Of a stretch of DNA of 64,000 nucleotides, positions 36,989 through 46,502 are shown piece by piece (positions within the stretch are counted from its first letter, which is position 1; the number at the start of each line of letters is the position of its first letter). Below the pieces are notes generated by a model. The model was given only the letters and a program-made list of their open reading frames with translations, was not told where the DNA came from and did no database searches. The translations under genes were made by a program, and so were the position numbers. Origin of the DNA: a virus (Duplodnaviria > Caudoviricetes); IMG/VR virus record IMGVR_UViG_3300025671_008697; one strand, written 5' to 3'.

Positions 36989-37648
36989 ATGATTAACAAC
37001 GCTATTGAAGTAAGAGAATATCAAGGAAACTCTTGGTACTGGCCCAAACAAGACGGTATTGATGAAAATTCTTGTTGGGACTATCTTACAAAACGATCAG
37101 AAGTTCCTGATAGAATAAGTGAACTAGTAAGCAATAGACAAGTGGTAGTACAAGCAGGTGGTAACTGCGGGTATTATGTTAAACCATATGCAAGAAACTT
37201 TCAAACAGTTTACACTTTCGAGCCAGACCCTACTAATTTTCTTTGTTTATGCATGAACGTTCCAGAGATTAACGTTATAAAAATGCAAGGGTGTTTAAGT
37301 AACAACCATGCACTATTAGGAATGGAAAATCATAAACTTGGACAAGATGTTGGAGCCGGACACGTAGTTCCGGGAGGAGTTTTCCCCTCATTTAGAATTG
37401 ACGATTTAGCACTAGAAGAATGCAATCTGATTCATTTAGATATTGAAGGCTTTGAGTTACAAGCATTGCGTGGTGCTGTCGACACTTTAGAAAAATTTAA
37501 GCCTGTGGTAGTTGTAGAAATTTTTGAAGACTGGGCTAATAGATACGATAGTAGTTTCATAAAATTAAAATCTTTTTTGTTCAGTTATAATTATGAACTA
37601 AAAACTCAAATTGATGGGGATTTAGTTTTTAAACATAAACAAGGATAA
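36989..37648 (+). CDS. FkbM-family SAM methyltransferase
   Basis: 'VQAGGNCG', 'FEPDP.NF', 'IHLDIEGFE..AL.GA..TL....P'. Confidence 0.88.
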   Translation: MINNAIEVREYQGNSWYWPKQDGIDENSCWDYLTKRSEVPDRISELVSNRQVVVQAGGNCGYYVKPYARNFQTVYTFEPDPTNFLCLCMNVPEINVIKMQGCLSNNHALLGMENHKLGQDVGAGHVVPGGVFPSFRIDDLALEECNLIHLDIEGFELQALRGAVDTLEKFKPVVVVEIFEDWANRYDSSFIKLKSFLFSYNYELKTQIDGDLVFKHKQG

Positions 37649-37651
37649 ACA

Positions 37652-38659
37652 GTGAGAGTATGTGATTGGATCCCCCAATATCTGCGTTCACAAGGAGTAG
37701 AACGTGTTCATGGCTTAATGGGCGGCGGTGCAAGCGGACTCAATGATGGATTTATTAAAGCAGGAATGCCTTATATTTGCTACCATCATGAGCAAGGTGC
37801 TGGACATGCTGCCATTGGTGAAACAAAGTTTACTGGCAAAGTCAGTGTAGTAAATCCTACCACCGGTTGTGCTGGTACTAACTGCGCTACCAGCGTGCTT
37901 AATGCTTGGCAAGACAGTGTGCCTGTAATCTTTATCAGCGGCAACGTTAGACTTGATGCCTGTAGTGGATATATCAACGAGCAACGTGGTATACAATTAC
38001 GCAAGTATGGCGTACAAGAACACCACATTGTGGACACGTATGCTACAATGACTAAATGGAGCGTGTTTGTTACAGATGTACGAGATGTTGCTTATACACT
38101 AGAACGTGCAATGTGGTTAGCACAGGAAGGCAGACCTGGTCCTGTTTGGATTGACATCCCCAGCGATATACAGAACGCTCCAATGCCAGAAGATGTTAAA
38201 CATTTCGAACCTCCTGCTAGTGCCAAACTTCCTGTAGACTTCGAGTTTGTAAAAAAATCTATAGAAATGAGCGAACGTCCGCTTATACTTGCGGGCTACG
38301 GTATTAGACAGAGCCAAACAGTTGACTTGTTCAATGAATTTATTGAACGATATGAAATACCATTTGCCAGTACGTATGGTGCAAGGGATTATACTCCTGG
38401 CAACCACCATTACAGCATGGGCACAGTAGGCATTAAAGGCAGTCGTGCAGGTAACTTTGCAGTACAAAATTGTGATTTATTGTTAATATTAGGTTGCAGT
38501 CTTGGCAGTAGTGTAGTAGGATATGATCCTAAACAGTTCAGTCCCTATAGTTACAAGATTATGATAGACATAGACAACAACGAATTGAACAAGGATATTG
38601 TGTCAATCGATGCTAGATATCTTTGTGGACTAGAAAAGTTTTTTGGAGCAATGCTATGA
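37652..38659 (+). CDS. ThDP-dependent enzyme (acetolactate synthase/YerE-like), N-terminal and central domains
   Basis: 'HHEQGAGHAA', 'TTGCAGTN', 'GRPGPVWIDIP.D.Q', 'G..G.RAGNFAVQNCDLLL'. Confidence 0.88.
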   Translation: MRVCDWIPQYLRSQGVERVHGLMGGGASGLNDGFIKAGMPYICYHHEQGAGHAAIGETKFTGKVSVVNPTTGCAGTNCATSVLNAWQDSVPVIFISGNVRLDACSGYINEQRGIQLRKYGVQEHHIVDTYATMTKWSVFVTDVRDVAYTLERAMWLAQEGRPGPVWIDIPSDIQNAPMPEDVKHFEPPASAKLPVDFEFVKKSIEMSERPLILAGYGIRQSQTVDLFNEFIERYEIPFASTYGARDYTPGNHHYSMGTVGIKGSRAGNFAVQNCDLLLILGCSLGSSVVGYDPKQFSPYSYKIMIDIDNNELNKDIVSIDARYLCGLEKFFGAML

Positions 38660-39405
38660 CAAGAACAGAATGGTTAGCTAAATGCCTACACTGGAAAACT
38701 AAATGGCCTGTCATGCAGCCCGAATACCGTGCTGACAATGAAACTAACTCTTTAAACATTTATGCAGTTTTAGATTGGGTTAACAAGCATAGTGATTCAA
38801 AACAAGTACTAGTAGGTGATGCTGGTAGCATTAGTTACGCAGGACCTACCGCACTGGAAGCAAAACCGGGACAACGTTTGGTATTCAGTCCTGCACAAGC
38901 AGACATGGGCTGGGCAGTACCTGGTGCTATTGGTGTTGAACTAAACAATGGTGCAGGTAGAGGAACAATATGCATTACCGGCGATGGCAGTTTTATGAGT
39001 AACTTACAGGAACTGGCTGTAATTAGAGAACATAATCTCAATGTGCAGATTGTTATCCTAAACAACGGCGGCTACCTCAGTATCAAAAATACACAAAGCA
39101 AATACTATGAAGGTCGTGTATTTGGAACTAGTGCTGGAAAAGGTCTTTGGTTCCCCGACTTTGCTAAAATAGCAGACTCATTTGGTTTTGAATATTTTCA
39201 ATTAAAGAGCAAGGACGACTTAGATCGGTTTGCATTTAGAATGAGTAAGACTGGCGGTCCTATTATATGGGACTGTGTTTGCCATATGGATCAAGAAATA
39301 TTGCCTGCACAAGGATTAAAAGATGGACGTCAGGCAGGCCTACACGACTTGGTACCATTCCTACCAGAAGAAGAACTTAAGTCGGAATTACTTGTAGATT
39401 TGTAA
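38656..39405 (+). CDS. ThDP-dependent enzyme, C-terminal ThDP-binding domain (separate gene)
   Basis: 'ADMGWAVPGAIG', 'TGDGSFMSNLQEL', 'LNNGGY.SI'; ATGA overlap with the preceding gene. Confidence 0.88.
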   Translation: MTRTEWLAKCLHWKTKWPVMQPEYRADNETNSLNIYAVLDWVNKHSDSKQVLVGDAGSISYAGPTALEAKPGQRLVFSPAQADMGWAVPGAIGVELNNGAGRGTICITGDGSFMSNLQELAVIREHNLNVQIVILNNGGYLSIKNTQSKYYEGRVFGTSAGKGLWFPDFAKIADSFGFEYFQLKSKDDLDRFAFRMSKTGGPIIWDCVCHMDQEILPAQGLKDGRQAGLHDLVPFLPEEELKSELLVDL

Positions 39406-39412
39406 ATACTGT

Positions 39413-39802
39413 ATGAGTTATACAGACCCTTTTGTAAAAGTCGCATACGACTTAATAATGGAAGGGGAAGAATTAGCAAATTGTGTACTGCCTAATTCAG
39501 TAGAAGAATATGTTGTGCTTATGTTTGCCAAAAACTTCCAGCGTACAGACATTGGTGTAAATCCAGTAGCAATACAGATGTTAACGGCTTGTCAGCATAA
39601 GGGCACAGACCAATACCAACCAATAGCCGACGAGTGTTTGTTAATCCACAGTTATCCATTAAATCGTAAACGTTGGCCCACAAAAACTTATTATATGGAA
39701 ATGGGTATGACTGCCTATGGTTTGGCTAATATCGAAATAATGGAGTCAAACTTTGAACCTGCCAGTCGTGTGCTACGCAGAGTGTTCAAAAATTTTGGTT
39801 AA
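39413..39802 (+). CDS. Hypothetical protein
   Basis: 129 aa ORF; TAAATA just upstream. Confidence 0.65.
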   Translation: MSYTDPFVKVAYDLIMEGEELANCVLPNSVEEYVVLMFAKNFQRTDIGVNPVAIQMLTACQHKGTDQYQPIADECLLIHSYPLNRKRWPTKTYYMEMGMTAYGLANIEIMESNFEPASRVLRRVFKNFG

Positions 39803-39810
39803 ACTACAAT

Positions 39811-39839
39811 TTGACACATAATCTATAATATGCTATTAT
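39811..39839 (+). promoter_or_regulatory. sigma70 promoter
   Basis: TTGACA-17-TATTAT. Confidence 0.7.
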
Positions 39840-39870
39840 TACACACTCAACTATCCATTGAAGGTGTAAT

Positions 39871-40026
39871 ATGTTTGAATCTATCGAAATTCGCAAAGCC
39901 GCAAACGGTTTTATTCTTGTAGTTCATACTGAGGATGAAGACAAAGAATTTGTCTATGATACCAGCCGTAAAGCCATGCGAGTAATCAAACAGTATTTGG
40001 AAGCAGATCGCCAGGCTGAAGACTAA
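39871..40026 (+). CDS. 51 aa hypothetical protein
   Basis: MFESIEIRKAANGFILVVHTEDEDKEFVYDTSRKAMRVIKQYLEADRQAED. Confidence 0.7.
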   Translation: MFESIEIRKAANGFILVVHTEDEDKEFVYDTSRKAMRVIKQYLEADRQAED

Positions 40027-40058
40027 TACTTTAGTACTAATACCTAAGTATTACACCG

Positions 40059-40084
40059 GGTGTTGCTGAAAAACAACACCTTTT
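40059..40084 (+). terminator. Terminator-like hairpin
   Basis: GGTGTTG-CTGAAAAA-CAACACC-TTTT. Confidence 0.5.
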
Positions 40085-40098
40085 CGGCGTGAAAAACG

Positions 40099-40145
40099 GT
40101 AGTACTAAGGTAGTACTTGCTCGAAATTCCCTATTTCGCTATAAT
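40099..40145 (+). promoter_or_regulatory. sigma70 promoter (TTGCTC-17-TATAAT) with abutting GTAGTAC-TAAG-GTAGTAC box
   Basis: Near-duplicate of the 40444 cassette. Confidence 0.8.
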
Positions 40146-40177
40146 TATGGCATAAGTTAACGAAACAGGAGCAGACA

Positions 40178-40447
40178 ATGACCCAAGTATATGACCAACT
40201 CACTGATAGACAAAAGCGTGAAGTTCGTATGTATGGCGTTACCGAAGCAGGTATGCGTGAAGCAGTAGAGTCCAGCATCACTTTTAAGCACTCTGGTCCT
40301 GCTATGATGGCGGCAAGTTTGATAAGCGATGCCCAAGAAATGGTTAATACTGAATACGGCGAAGTTGACTATATGCGAGCAGAAGATGCCCGCCAGGCGC
40401 TGAATCGTGCCAAGTGGATCTTGTTTGAATATGTTATGGAAAAGTAA
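40178..40447 (+). CDS. Early hypothetical protein
   Basis: 89 aa ORF, RBS aggag, own promoter. Confidence 0.75.
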   Translation: MTQVYDQLTDRQKREVRMYGVTEAGMREAVESSITFKHSGPAMMAASLISDAQEMVNTEYGEVDYMRAEDARQALNRAKWILFEYVMEK

Positions 40448-40490
40448 TACTAAGGTAGTACTTGACGATAATTCGCCATTTTGCTATAAT
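40444..40490 (+). promoter_or_regulatory. sigma70 promoter (TTGACG-17-TATAAT) with abutting GTAATAC-TAAG-GTAGTAC box
   Basis: Near-duplicate of the 40099 cassette. Confidence 0.8.
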
Positions 40491-40523
40491 TATGGCATAA
40501 CGTAACAGAAGTAGGAGCTGACA

Positions 40524-41543
40524 GTGAGTACATACATCGAGATTGTTGAAGGCACTTATCGCAACCAGAATTGTGCTGGCATGCAGTTTGAACTGGTTAA
40601 ACAGTTTGAGCGTGGTGCTAAGAAAAGTTTTGTAACAGTCAAAAATCAAGGTCAGTTTCCTGGCTGTCCTGAGAGCATTCGCATTGCCTGCGAAGGTCCA
40701 ATGAGTTATCAATTTGTAGGAGATGCACCTGTGCAGAGTGAAGTAAAAGATCCTACCGTTCAAGAAACGGATGAGGAAGCAATCAGTCGCATCCGTGAGC
40801 GATTTGAAATCCTTACGGAGATGACCAAGGCGGCTACCACTGGTAGCATTCGTGCTATGATTGTCAGCGGCCCTCCCGGCGTTGGCAAGAGTTTTGGCGT
40901 TGAGCAAGAAATTGAAAAGGCTACCTTGCTGGATCAACTGGCTGGACGCAAGATCCGTGCTGAAGTGGTTAAAGGTAGTGCAACCGCTCTTGGCTTGTAC
41001 AGTACTTTGTACAAGTATTCGGACGAGAATTGCGTGGTTGTGTTTGACGACTGTGACAGCATTTTGTTGGATGACGTCAGTCTTAACCTGCTGAAAGGCG
41101 CATTAGATTCGGGCAAGAGTCGTAAGATTTCTTGGTTAAGTGACAGCCATTTGTTGCGCCGTGAAGGCATTCCGGACAGTTTCCAGTTTAAGGGTTCGGT
41201 AATCTTTATTACCAACCTCAAGTTCGACTCAATGAAGTCGCAGAAACTTCGGGACCACTTGGACGCACTGCAAAGCCGTTGCCACTATTTGGACCTGACC
41301 TTGGACACCATGCGTGACAAGATCCTCCGTATCAAGCAGATTGCCAGCGATGGCGAACTATTCCGTGATTATGAGGAGATTGAAACTGTGGCACAGGACG
41401 AGATCCTGGCGTTTATGGACGATAACAAGAATCGTCTGCGTGAGATGTCGTTGCGTATGGCGCTGAAGATTGCTGACTTGCGTGTCAGTTTCCCCGAGCG
41501 TTGGCAAGTAATGGCTCGTACTACTTGCATGAAGCCGGCTTAA
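40524..41543 (+). CDS. Early AAA+/P-loop ATPase of unknown function
   Basis: Walker A 'GPPGVGKS', Walker B 'VVVFDDCD', 'IFITN', Arg finger 'ALQSR'. Confidence 0.85.
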   Translation: MSTYIEIVEGTYRNQNCAGMQFELVKQFERGAKKSFVTVKNQGQFPGCPESIRIACEGPMSYQFVGDAPVQSEVKDPTVQETDEEAISRIRERFEILTEMTKAATTGSIRAMIVSGPPGVGKSFGVEQEIEKATLLDQLAGRKIRAEVVKGSATALGLYSTLYKYSDENCVVVFDDCDSILLDDVSLNLLKGALDSGKSRKISWLSDSHLLRREGIPDSFQFKGSVIFITNLKFDSMKSQKLRDHLDALQSRCHYLDLTLDTMRDKILRIKQIASDGELFRDYEEIETVAQDEILAFMDDNKNRLREMSLRMALKIADLRVSFPERWQVMARTTCMKPA

Positions 41544-41633
41544 ATACAAGAACGGGAGACTTGGGGCTCATATCAAATATCCCCTCAGTCTTAAACAACC
41601 AACTGGTGTCCCTAAACAACTTGAGATTCAATT

Positions 41634-42314
41634 ATGGCAACTAAAACTAAATCTGAACAACACGAAGAACTTATCCAAACTCTTAAGTTCACACCCCGAA
41701 CATATCGTGTAAGCCTAACTGGCTATGGTGGCGAGATTGTTCTTGGAAGTGTGCCCCGAGAGACCTATGAGTACTTTCGTGACAATGAAATTGATGTAGA
41801 AGAATATGCTGGCGGCGGATGGGGTTGGGATGATGACGAAGACAGTCCTGAAGTTCCAGAAGAGCATCGTTTTGTAGAACCTGGCAGTTATTATGATTGC
41901 GATGACATTGCTCATGAAGTAGGTTGCGAGTTTAGCGAATACAATTACATTACTATTTCGGATGAAAATGGTGATGAAGTTTGGAGTTGCAAACTGGATT
42001 ATGAAGAATTGGAAAAGCACGGTGTTGAAGTCGAATACACCGAAGAGTTCATGTGCAGTGACAGGCCGGACAGAGAAAACACTGTGGGCTTTATTGGTCA
42101 GAGTGTAGAAAAAGGTACATTCTTCGATGGCGATTTAGGTTTAACTGCACCATTGGATCTAGCCAAATTAAAAATCTATGTCTACGAAGTTGAAGGTTGG
42201 GAATTAATTGCCAACGTAACTTACGGCGATGAAGACATTGAGGGTACAGATGGATATGATACTCGCGGTAAAAGCATGGAAATGAAATTTTACGACACTG
42301 GAGACGAGGATTAA
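41634..42314 (+). CDS. Acidic hypothetical protein
   Basis: 226 aa Asp/Glu-rich ORF. Confidence 0.75.
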   Translation: MATKTKSEQHEELIQTLKFTPRTYRVSLTGYGGEIVLGSVPRETYEYFRDNEIDVEEYAGGGWGWDDDEDSPEVPEEHRFVEPGSYYDCDDIAHEVGCEFSEYNYITISDENGDEVWSCKLDYEELEKHGVEVEYTEEFMCSDRPDRENTVGFIGQSVEKGTFFDGDLGLTAPLDLAKLKIYVYEVEGWELIANVTYGDEDIEGTDGYDTRGKSMEMKFYDTGDED

Positions 42315-42358
42315 GTTTAGGGTTGCCAATATTCAGTCAGCTCCTGAGGCAACCTTTT

Positions 42359-42392
42359 TAGGCCCTGTCATTTTTATGGCAGGGCTTTTTTT
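42359..42392 (+). terminator. Rho-independent terminator overlapping the next -35
   Basis: GCCCTGTCAT-TTTT-ATGGCAGGGC followed by T-run; TTGACT-17-TATAAT at 42391-42419. Confidence 0.75.
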
Positions 42393-42424
42393 GACTTCTT
42401 TACTAGGATAAATTATAATACTGT

Positions 42425-43489
42425 ATGGAGCAAACTTTTCTTTACGTAGAAGACTACATCGAATTTATTTCTGGTTGGCGTACTCGTGGCGGCAAATTGT
42501 TAGGCTTGTTTCAAAATCAACAGAGTCCACTCAGCCTTGCCAGATATGATGTGCAGATTTTATCCAGTCTGGGCGAACAAACTGCACTCAGCCAGAAACC
42601 TTACACAGACAAACAGGCAGCTCTTGCAGTAAAGATTGTTACCAAGTATCGTAAACAGTTAGGCAATTTACCCGATCCTGTTTACATTCCTGAAGTGTTA
42701 GATAACTTCAGGTTAGGTATTAGACAAGTAGATAGAAGTCGCAAAATTTATATTGAAGACGATAAAATTATTGTTCGCTTTCCCTTTGATGGTTCATTGA
42801 TCGAGCAACTACGAGACTTGGCCAAACTAAGTCAAGGTGAATGTAAATGGAATCCCGTTCAAAAGGTGTGGTGTGGTGCCTTAACAGAATTTAATGTAAA
42901 CTACATTGTGGCTTTAGGTCGAGCACAACAGTTTGAAATCAGTGATGAAGTATTGGCACTGCAACAACAAATTCAAGCGGCAGAACAAACTGACTATCGC
43001 ATTGAACTGGTCCGGGATCGCGATGGGTGCTACACTATTACAAATTCAGAACAATCATTAATAGACTATTTGGAGCAACAACTTGGTAGTCACTGTTGGA
43101 CCAACTTGGTCGGATTGTGTGATTATGCACAAGTGTGCGGTTATGCGATAAGTACAGAAGTAGAACAAGAACTTGCAGACAAAGTCAAACCTGACTATTA
43201 TCGAGAAACTGTAAACTTTATTAAGAACAGAAAATTTGGCATTGCCAAAGAAGAGTTCAAACACGTTTTAGAGTATGCACGGTTGACCAACAGGTTGCCT
43301 GTGTACTACTATGATCCCACTTCATTGGATAAAACAGATACTGAAGAGATTGTTTATCTTAATATTGGAAGTCGTGATCCGGAATTAATGAATAAAATTA
43401 AACTGTTGGTAACTCATAGCAGTTTATTAATTGGTAGCAGACGTCAGGGTTGGGCGCAAAATGCAGAAAAGGTAATTGAATTACTATAA
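42425..43489 (+). CDS. Hypothetical protein upstream of UvsW
   Basis: 354 aa; segment 'IVRFPFD..LIE..R......WNP.QKVW' resembles helicase-associated (HARP-like) domains. Confidence 0.65.
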   Translation: MEQTFLYVEDYIEFISGWRTRGGKLLGLFQNQQSPLSLARYDVQILSSLGEQTALSQKPYTDKQAALAVKIVTKYRKQLGNLPDPVYIPEVLDNFRLGIRQVDRSRKIYIEDDKIIVRFPFDGSLIEQLRDLAKLSQGECKWNPVQKVWCGALTEFNVNYIVALGRAQQFEISDEVLALQQQIQAAEQTDYRIELVRDRDGCYTITNSEQSLIDYLEQQLGSHCWTNLVGLCDYAQVCGYAISTEVEQELADKVKPDYYRETVNFIKNRKFGIAKEEFKHVLEYARLTNRLPVYYYDPTSLDKTDTEEIVYLNIGSRDPELMNKIKLLVTHSSLLIGSRRQGWAQNAEKVIELL

Positions 43490-44943
43490 TGGAATGTAGA
43501 TTAATTATTCGTGACGAAGTTAATGTTAAACTGGAAGGTTTAGACTTAGTCACACGCAAAACACTGGTAAACAAATTCAAGTATGAAATACCTGGAGCAC
43601 GTTACTTGCCAGCAGTGAGACTGGGACGCTGGGATGGTAAGGTTCCCTACTTTAATTTAGGTGGCACAACCTACATCAACTTACTGCCCGACATCCTACC
43701 TGAACTTGAAAGTCGTGGCTATGACATTGAAGTAGATGATGTCCGTGACTACAGAACTACATTCGAGTTTGACAAAGTAACAGAGTCAACGTTTGCAGAT
43801 ATTGCTTGGCCCAAAGGACATCCTGCGGCAGGTGAGCCTATTGTATTACGGGATTACCAAATTGAAATTATCAATAAGTTTTTAGAAAATCCACAGTGTA
43901 TACAGGAAGTGGCCACAGGCGCAGGCAAAACTATTATGACCGCGGCGCTAAGTGCAAGTGTGGAGCAGTATGGTAGAACTATTGTTGTTGTGCCCAGTAA
44001 GAGTTTGGTCACACAGACAGAAGCAGACTATGTCAACATGGGTTTAGACGTTGGTGTGCTGTTCGGTGACCGTAAAGAATATACAAGAAAGCACACAATC
44101 TGTACTTGGCAAAGTCTAAACGCATTACTAAAAAATACACGCAACTACGAAGCAGATGTTACAATACAGGAGTTTGTGGAAGACGTAGTCTGTGTAATGG
44201 TAGACGAAGCACACAGTGCCAAAGCAGATGCACTAAAAAGTTTGCTGACCACAGTGTTTGCCCGCATACCTATTCGTTGGGGACTAACTGGTACCATACC
44301 TAAAGAAGATTTTGCTTTTCAGGCACTGAACTGTTGTATTGGTCCTGTGGTAGGAAAACTTAGTGCCAGCGAACTTCAAGAAGCAGGACACCTCAGTAAC
44401 TGTCACGTAAATATTGTACAGTTATCGGATTACGTAGAATACAAAGATTATCAAAGCGAACTGAGATATCTATTAGAAACAGATTCCAGACTAGATTACG
44501 TCAGTGAACTTGTAAACCGTATTGCAGAATCGGGCAATACATTAGTTCTTATTGACAGGGTGGGTCCTGGCAAGGAACTGGCAAGTAAAATCAACAACGC
44601 CGTTTTTGTCAGCGGCGCAACCAAAGCAAAGGATCGAAAGGACGAATATGACGAGATTGCTACTAGCACCGATAAGGTTATTGTTGCGACTTATGGTGTG
44701 GCCGCTGTGGGTATTAACATTCCTAGGATTTTCAATTTGGTTCTTGTGGAACCCGGAAAGAGCTTTGTACGTGTTATCCAGTCAATTGGCCGAGGCATTA
44801 GAAAGGCAGAAGATAAGGACTTTGTCCAGATCTGGGACATTACTTCCACCTGTAAATTTGCCAAAAGACACCTCACTAAACGAAAACAATTTTACCGAGA
44901 TGCACAGTACCCATTCGCCGTTGAGCGAGTAGATTGGCAGTAA
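43489..44943 (+). CDS. uvsW: SF2 DNA helicase UvsW
   Basis: 'LRDYQ', 'ATGAGKT', 'VDEAH', 'GLTGT', 'GINIPRI', 'IQSIGRGIR'. Confidence 0.92.
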   Translation: MECRLIIRDEVNVKLEGLDLVTRKTLVNKFKYEIPGARYLPAVRLGRWDGKVPYFNLGGTTYINLLPDILPELESRGYDIEVDDVRDYRTTFEFDKVTESTFADIAWPKGHPAAGEPIVLRDYQIEIINKFLENPQCIQEVATGAGKTIMTAALSASVEQYGRTIVVVPSKSLVTQTEADYVNMGLDVGVLFGDRKEYTRKHTICTWQSLNALLKNTRNYEADVTIQEFVEDVVCVMVDEAHSAKADALKSLLTTVFARIPIRWGLTGTIPKEDFAFQALNCCIGPVVGKLSASELQEAGHLSNCHVNIVQLSDYVEYKDYQSELRYLLETDSRLDYVSELVNRIAESGNTLVLIDRVGPGKELASKINNAVFVSGATKAKDRKDEYDEIATSTDKVIVATYGVAAVGINIPRIFNLVLVEPGKSFVRVIQSIGRGIRKAEDKDFVQIWDITSTCKFAKRHLTKRKQFYRDAQYPFAVERVDWQ

Positions 44944-45600
44944 ATGATATCACGTGATAAATTTATACGTTATTTAGAAACAGTAGATTACCTTTACGTT
45001 GGTAATATATCTGCTGATTGGAATACAATTCTGGATGAATGTTATGCATTAGTTGACAAAAGTCCAACTTATTGGAATTCAGTATGTGCAGAAGGTTTGA
45101 AAGATTGGGGAGGAGTCCAAGGTGCAGAAAAGTGGACCGTAACAACAGATGGTGCCGCCGCAGTTGGATACACAAGCCAAAATACTAAATCATGGGGCAC
45201 AACACACGACAAACCACAGTTGCATATGGAATGGGAAAAAATTGTAAAAGATTGGTTGCCATTAGAGCATGCTATAAGCAGACCGTCTTTGCAAAAACCT
45301 GGCAATGTTTTGCCATGGCACAGAGACTATTTTGTGATGTTTAAAAAACATTATCCAGAAGAATCTGAATATGTAATTAGATTTATTGTTTTTATGAAGG
45401 ATTGGGAGCCCGGCCATATGTTTAATGCCGGCGACTCTATTTTTTCAAATTGGAAGGCAGGAGATGCTATTGTTTATCATCCTACTAGATACCACATAGG
45501 CGCGAATGCAGGAATGACAGACAAATGGACTCAAAATGTTACTGGTGTTCTTAAAGAGCAAATAAATTTTCCAGCATTAGATTTAGGTAAAATATGTTAA
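44944..45600 (+). CDS. Cupin / 2OG-Fe(II) oxygenase-like accessory protein
   Basis: 'PG.VLPWHRD' HxD and distal 'YHIGANAG'. Confidence 0.65.
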   Translation: MISRDKFIRYLETVDYLYVGNISADWNTILDECYALVDKSPTYWNSVCAEGLKDWGGVQGAEKWTVTTDGAAAVGYTSQNTKSWGTTHDKPQLHMEWEKIVKDWLPLEHAISRPSLQKPGNVLPWHRDYFVMFKKHYPEESEYVIRFIVFMKDWEPGHMFNAGDSIFSNWKAGDAIVYHPTRYHIGANAGMTDKWTQNVTGVLKEQINFPALDLGKIC

Positions 45601-46448
45601 TAGGTCATAAACCATTAATTATTCCGGAAATTATAAATTTTATTGATAATATTTTTCCTAATATTACTTGGGAAAAACTAATGCAAGTGGAGCAGCAAGA
45701 TTTAGATCTTGCTTGGAGAACTTGGTTAACTGATAGTCCATGTCATGAAATTAAAGGTTTAGATCAATTTAAATTAAGTTCTTTTTGCCCGGGTACCAGT
45801 GATGCATTCGGTGAATTTATTGCAAGATATCCAAACAGGACAGTAAGGGTAAGTAGAAGCGATTTTATTTTAACTAAAATACTTTGCAAAACTTGGAATA
45901 GAAAACTAGTGTATCTAGAGGATGCACCGCTTGAAATAAACGACTGTATAATTTTGAGTATGCCATATAGCGGAAATGGTAGCGAACTACCCGATCAGGA
46001 CCAATTATTGGACAATGCAGATAAATTAAATGTTCCTGTGTTTGTGGATGGAGCTTATTTCGGAATCTCAACCTCAGTAATTTATCCATTAGATAGAAAA
46101 TGTGTAACCGACTTTACTACAAGTTTAAGTAAAAATATGGTAAGTGATCCTTTGCGATTAGGTATAAGATTTACCAAAGAAAAAATAGATGACGGTATTA
46201 CTGCTACTCTATTGGGTAGTAATGTTTTTGATAGACTTGGTGCATATTTGTCTATACAACTCTTAAAAAACTTCCCCCATAAATGGTTGATTGAAAAATT
46301 CCATAACAAGTCATTAAAAATCTGCCAAGATCTTAAATTACGACCCACCAAAACAATTACTTTAGCGTTGGGACCGGAATCAATGATAGAATTCCAAAGA
46401 GGTGATTATGTTCGAATCTGTTTAACAGACGAATTAATTGCAGATTAG
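45594..46448 (+). CDS. PLP-dependent (fold type I)-like accessory protein
   Basis: 'VPVFVDGAY', 'SLSK' Lys, 'LRLGIRF'. Confidence 0.6.
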   Translation: MLIGHKPLIIPEIINFIDNIFPNITWEKLMQVEQQDLDLAWRTWLTDSPCHEIKGLDQFKLSSFCPGTSDAFGEFIARYPNRTVRVSRSDFILTKILCKTWNRKLVYLEDAPLEINDCIILSMPYSGNGSELPDQDQLLDNADKLNVPVFVDGAYFGISTSVIYPLDRKCVTDFTTSLSKNMVSDPLRLGIRFTKEKIDDGITATLLGSNVFDRLGAYLSIQLLKNFPHKWLIEKFHNKSLKICQDLKLRPTKTITLALGPESMIEFQRGDYVRICLTDELIAD

Positions 46449-46502
46449 ATATTGACATATTTTTATAAGAGTGTATACTTTGCGTAACACTATTAATATT
46501 AT

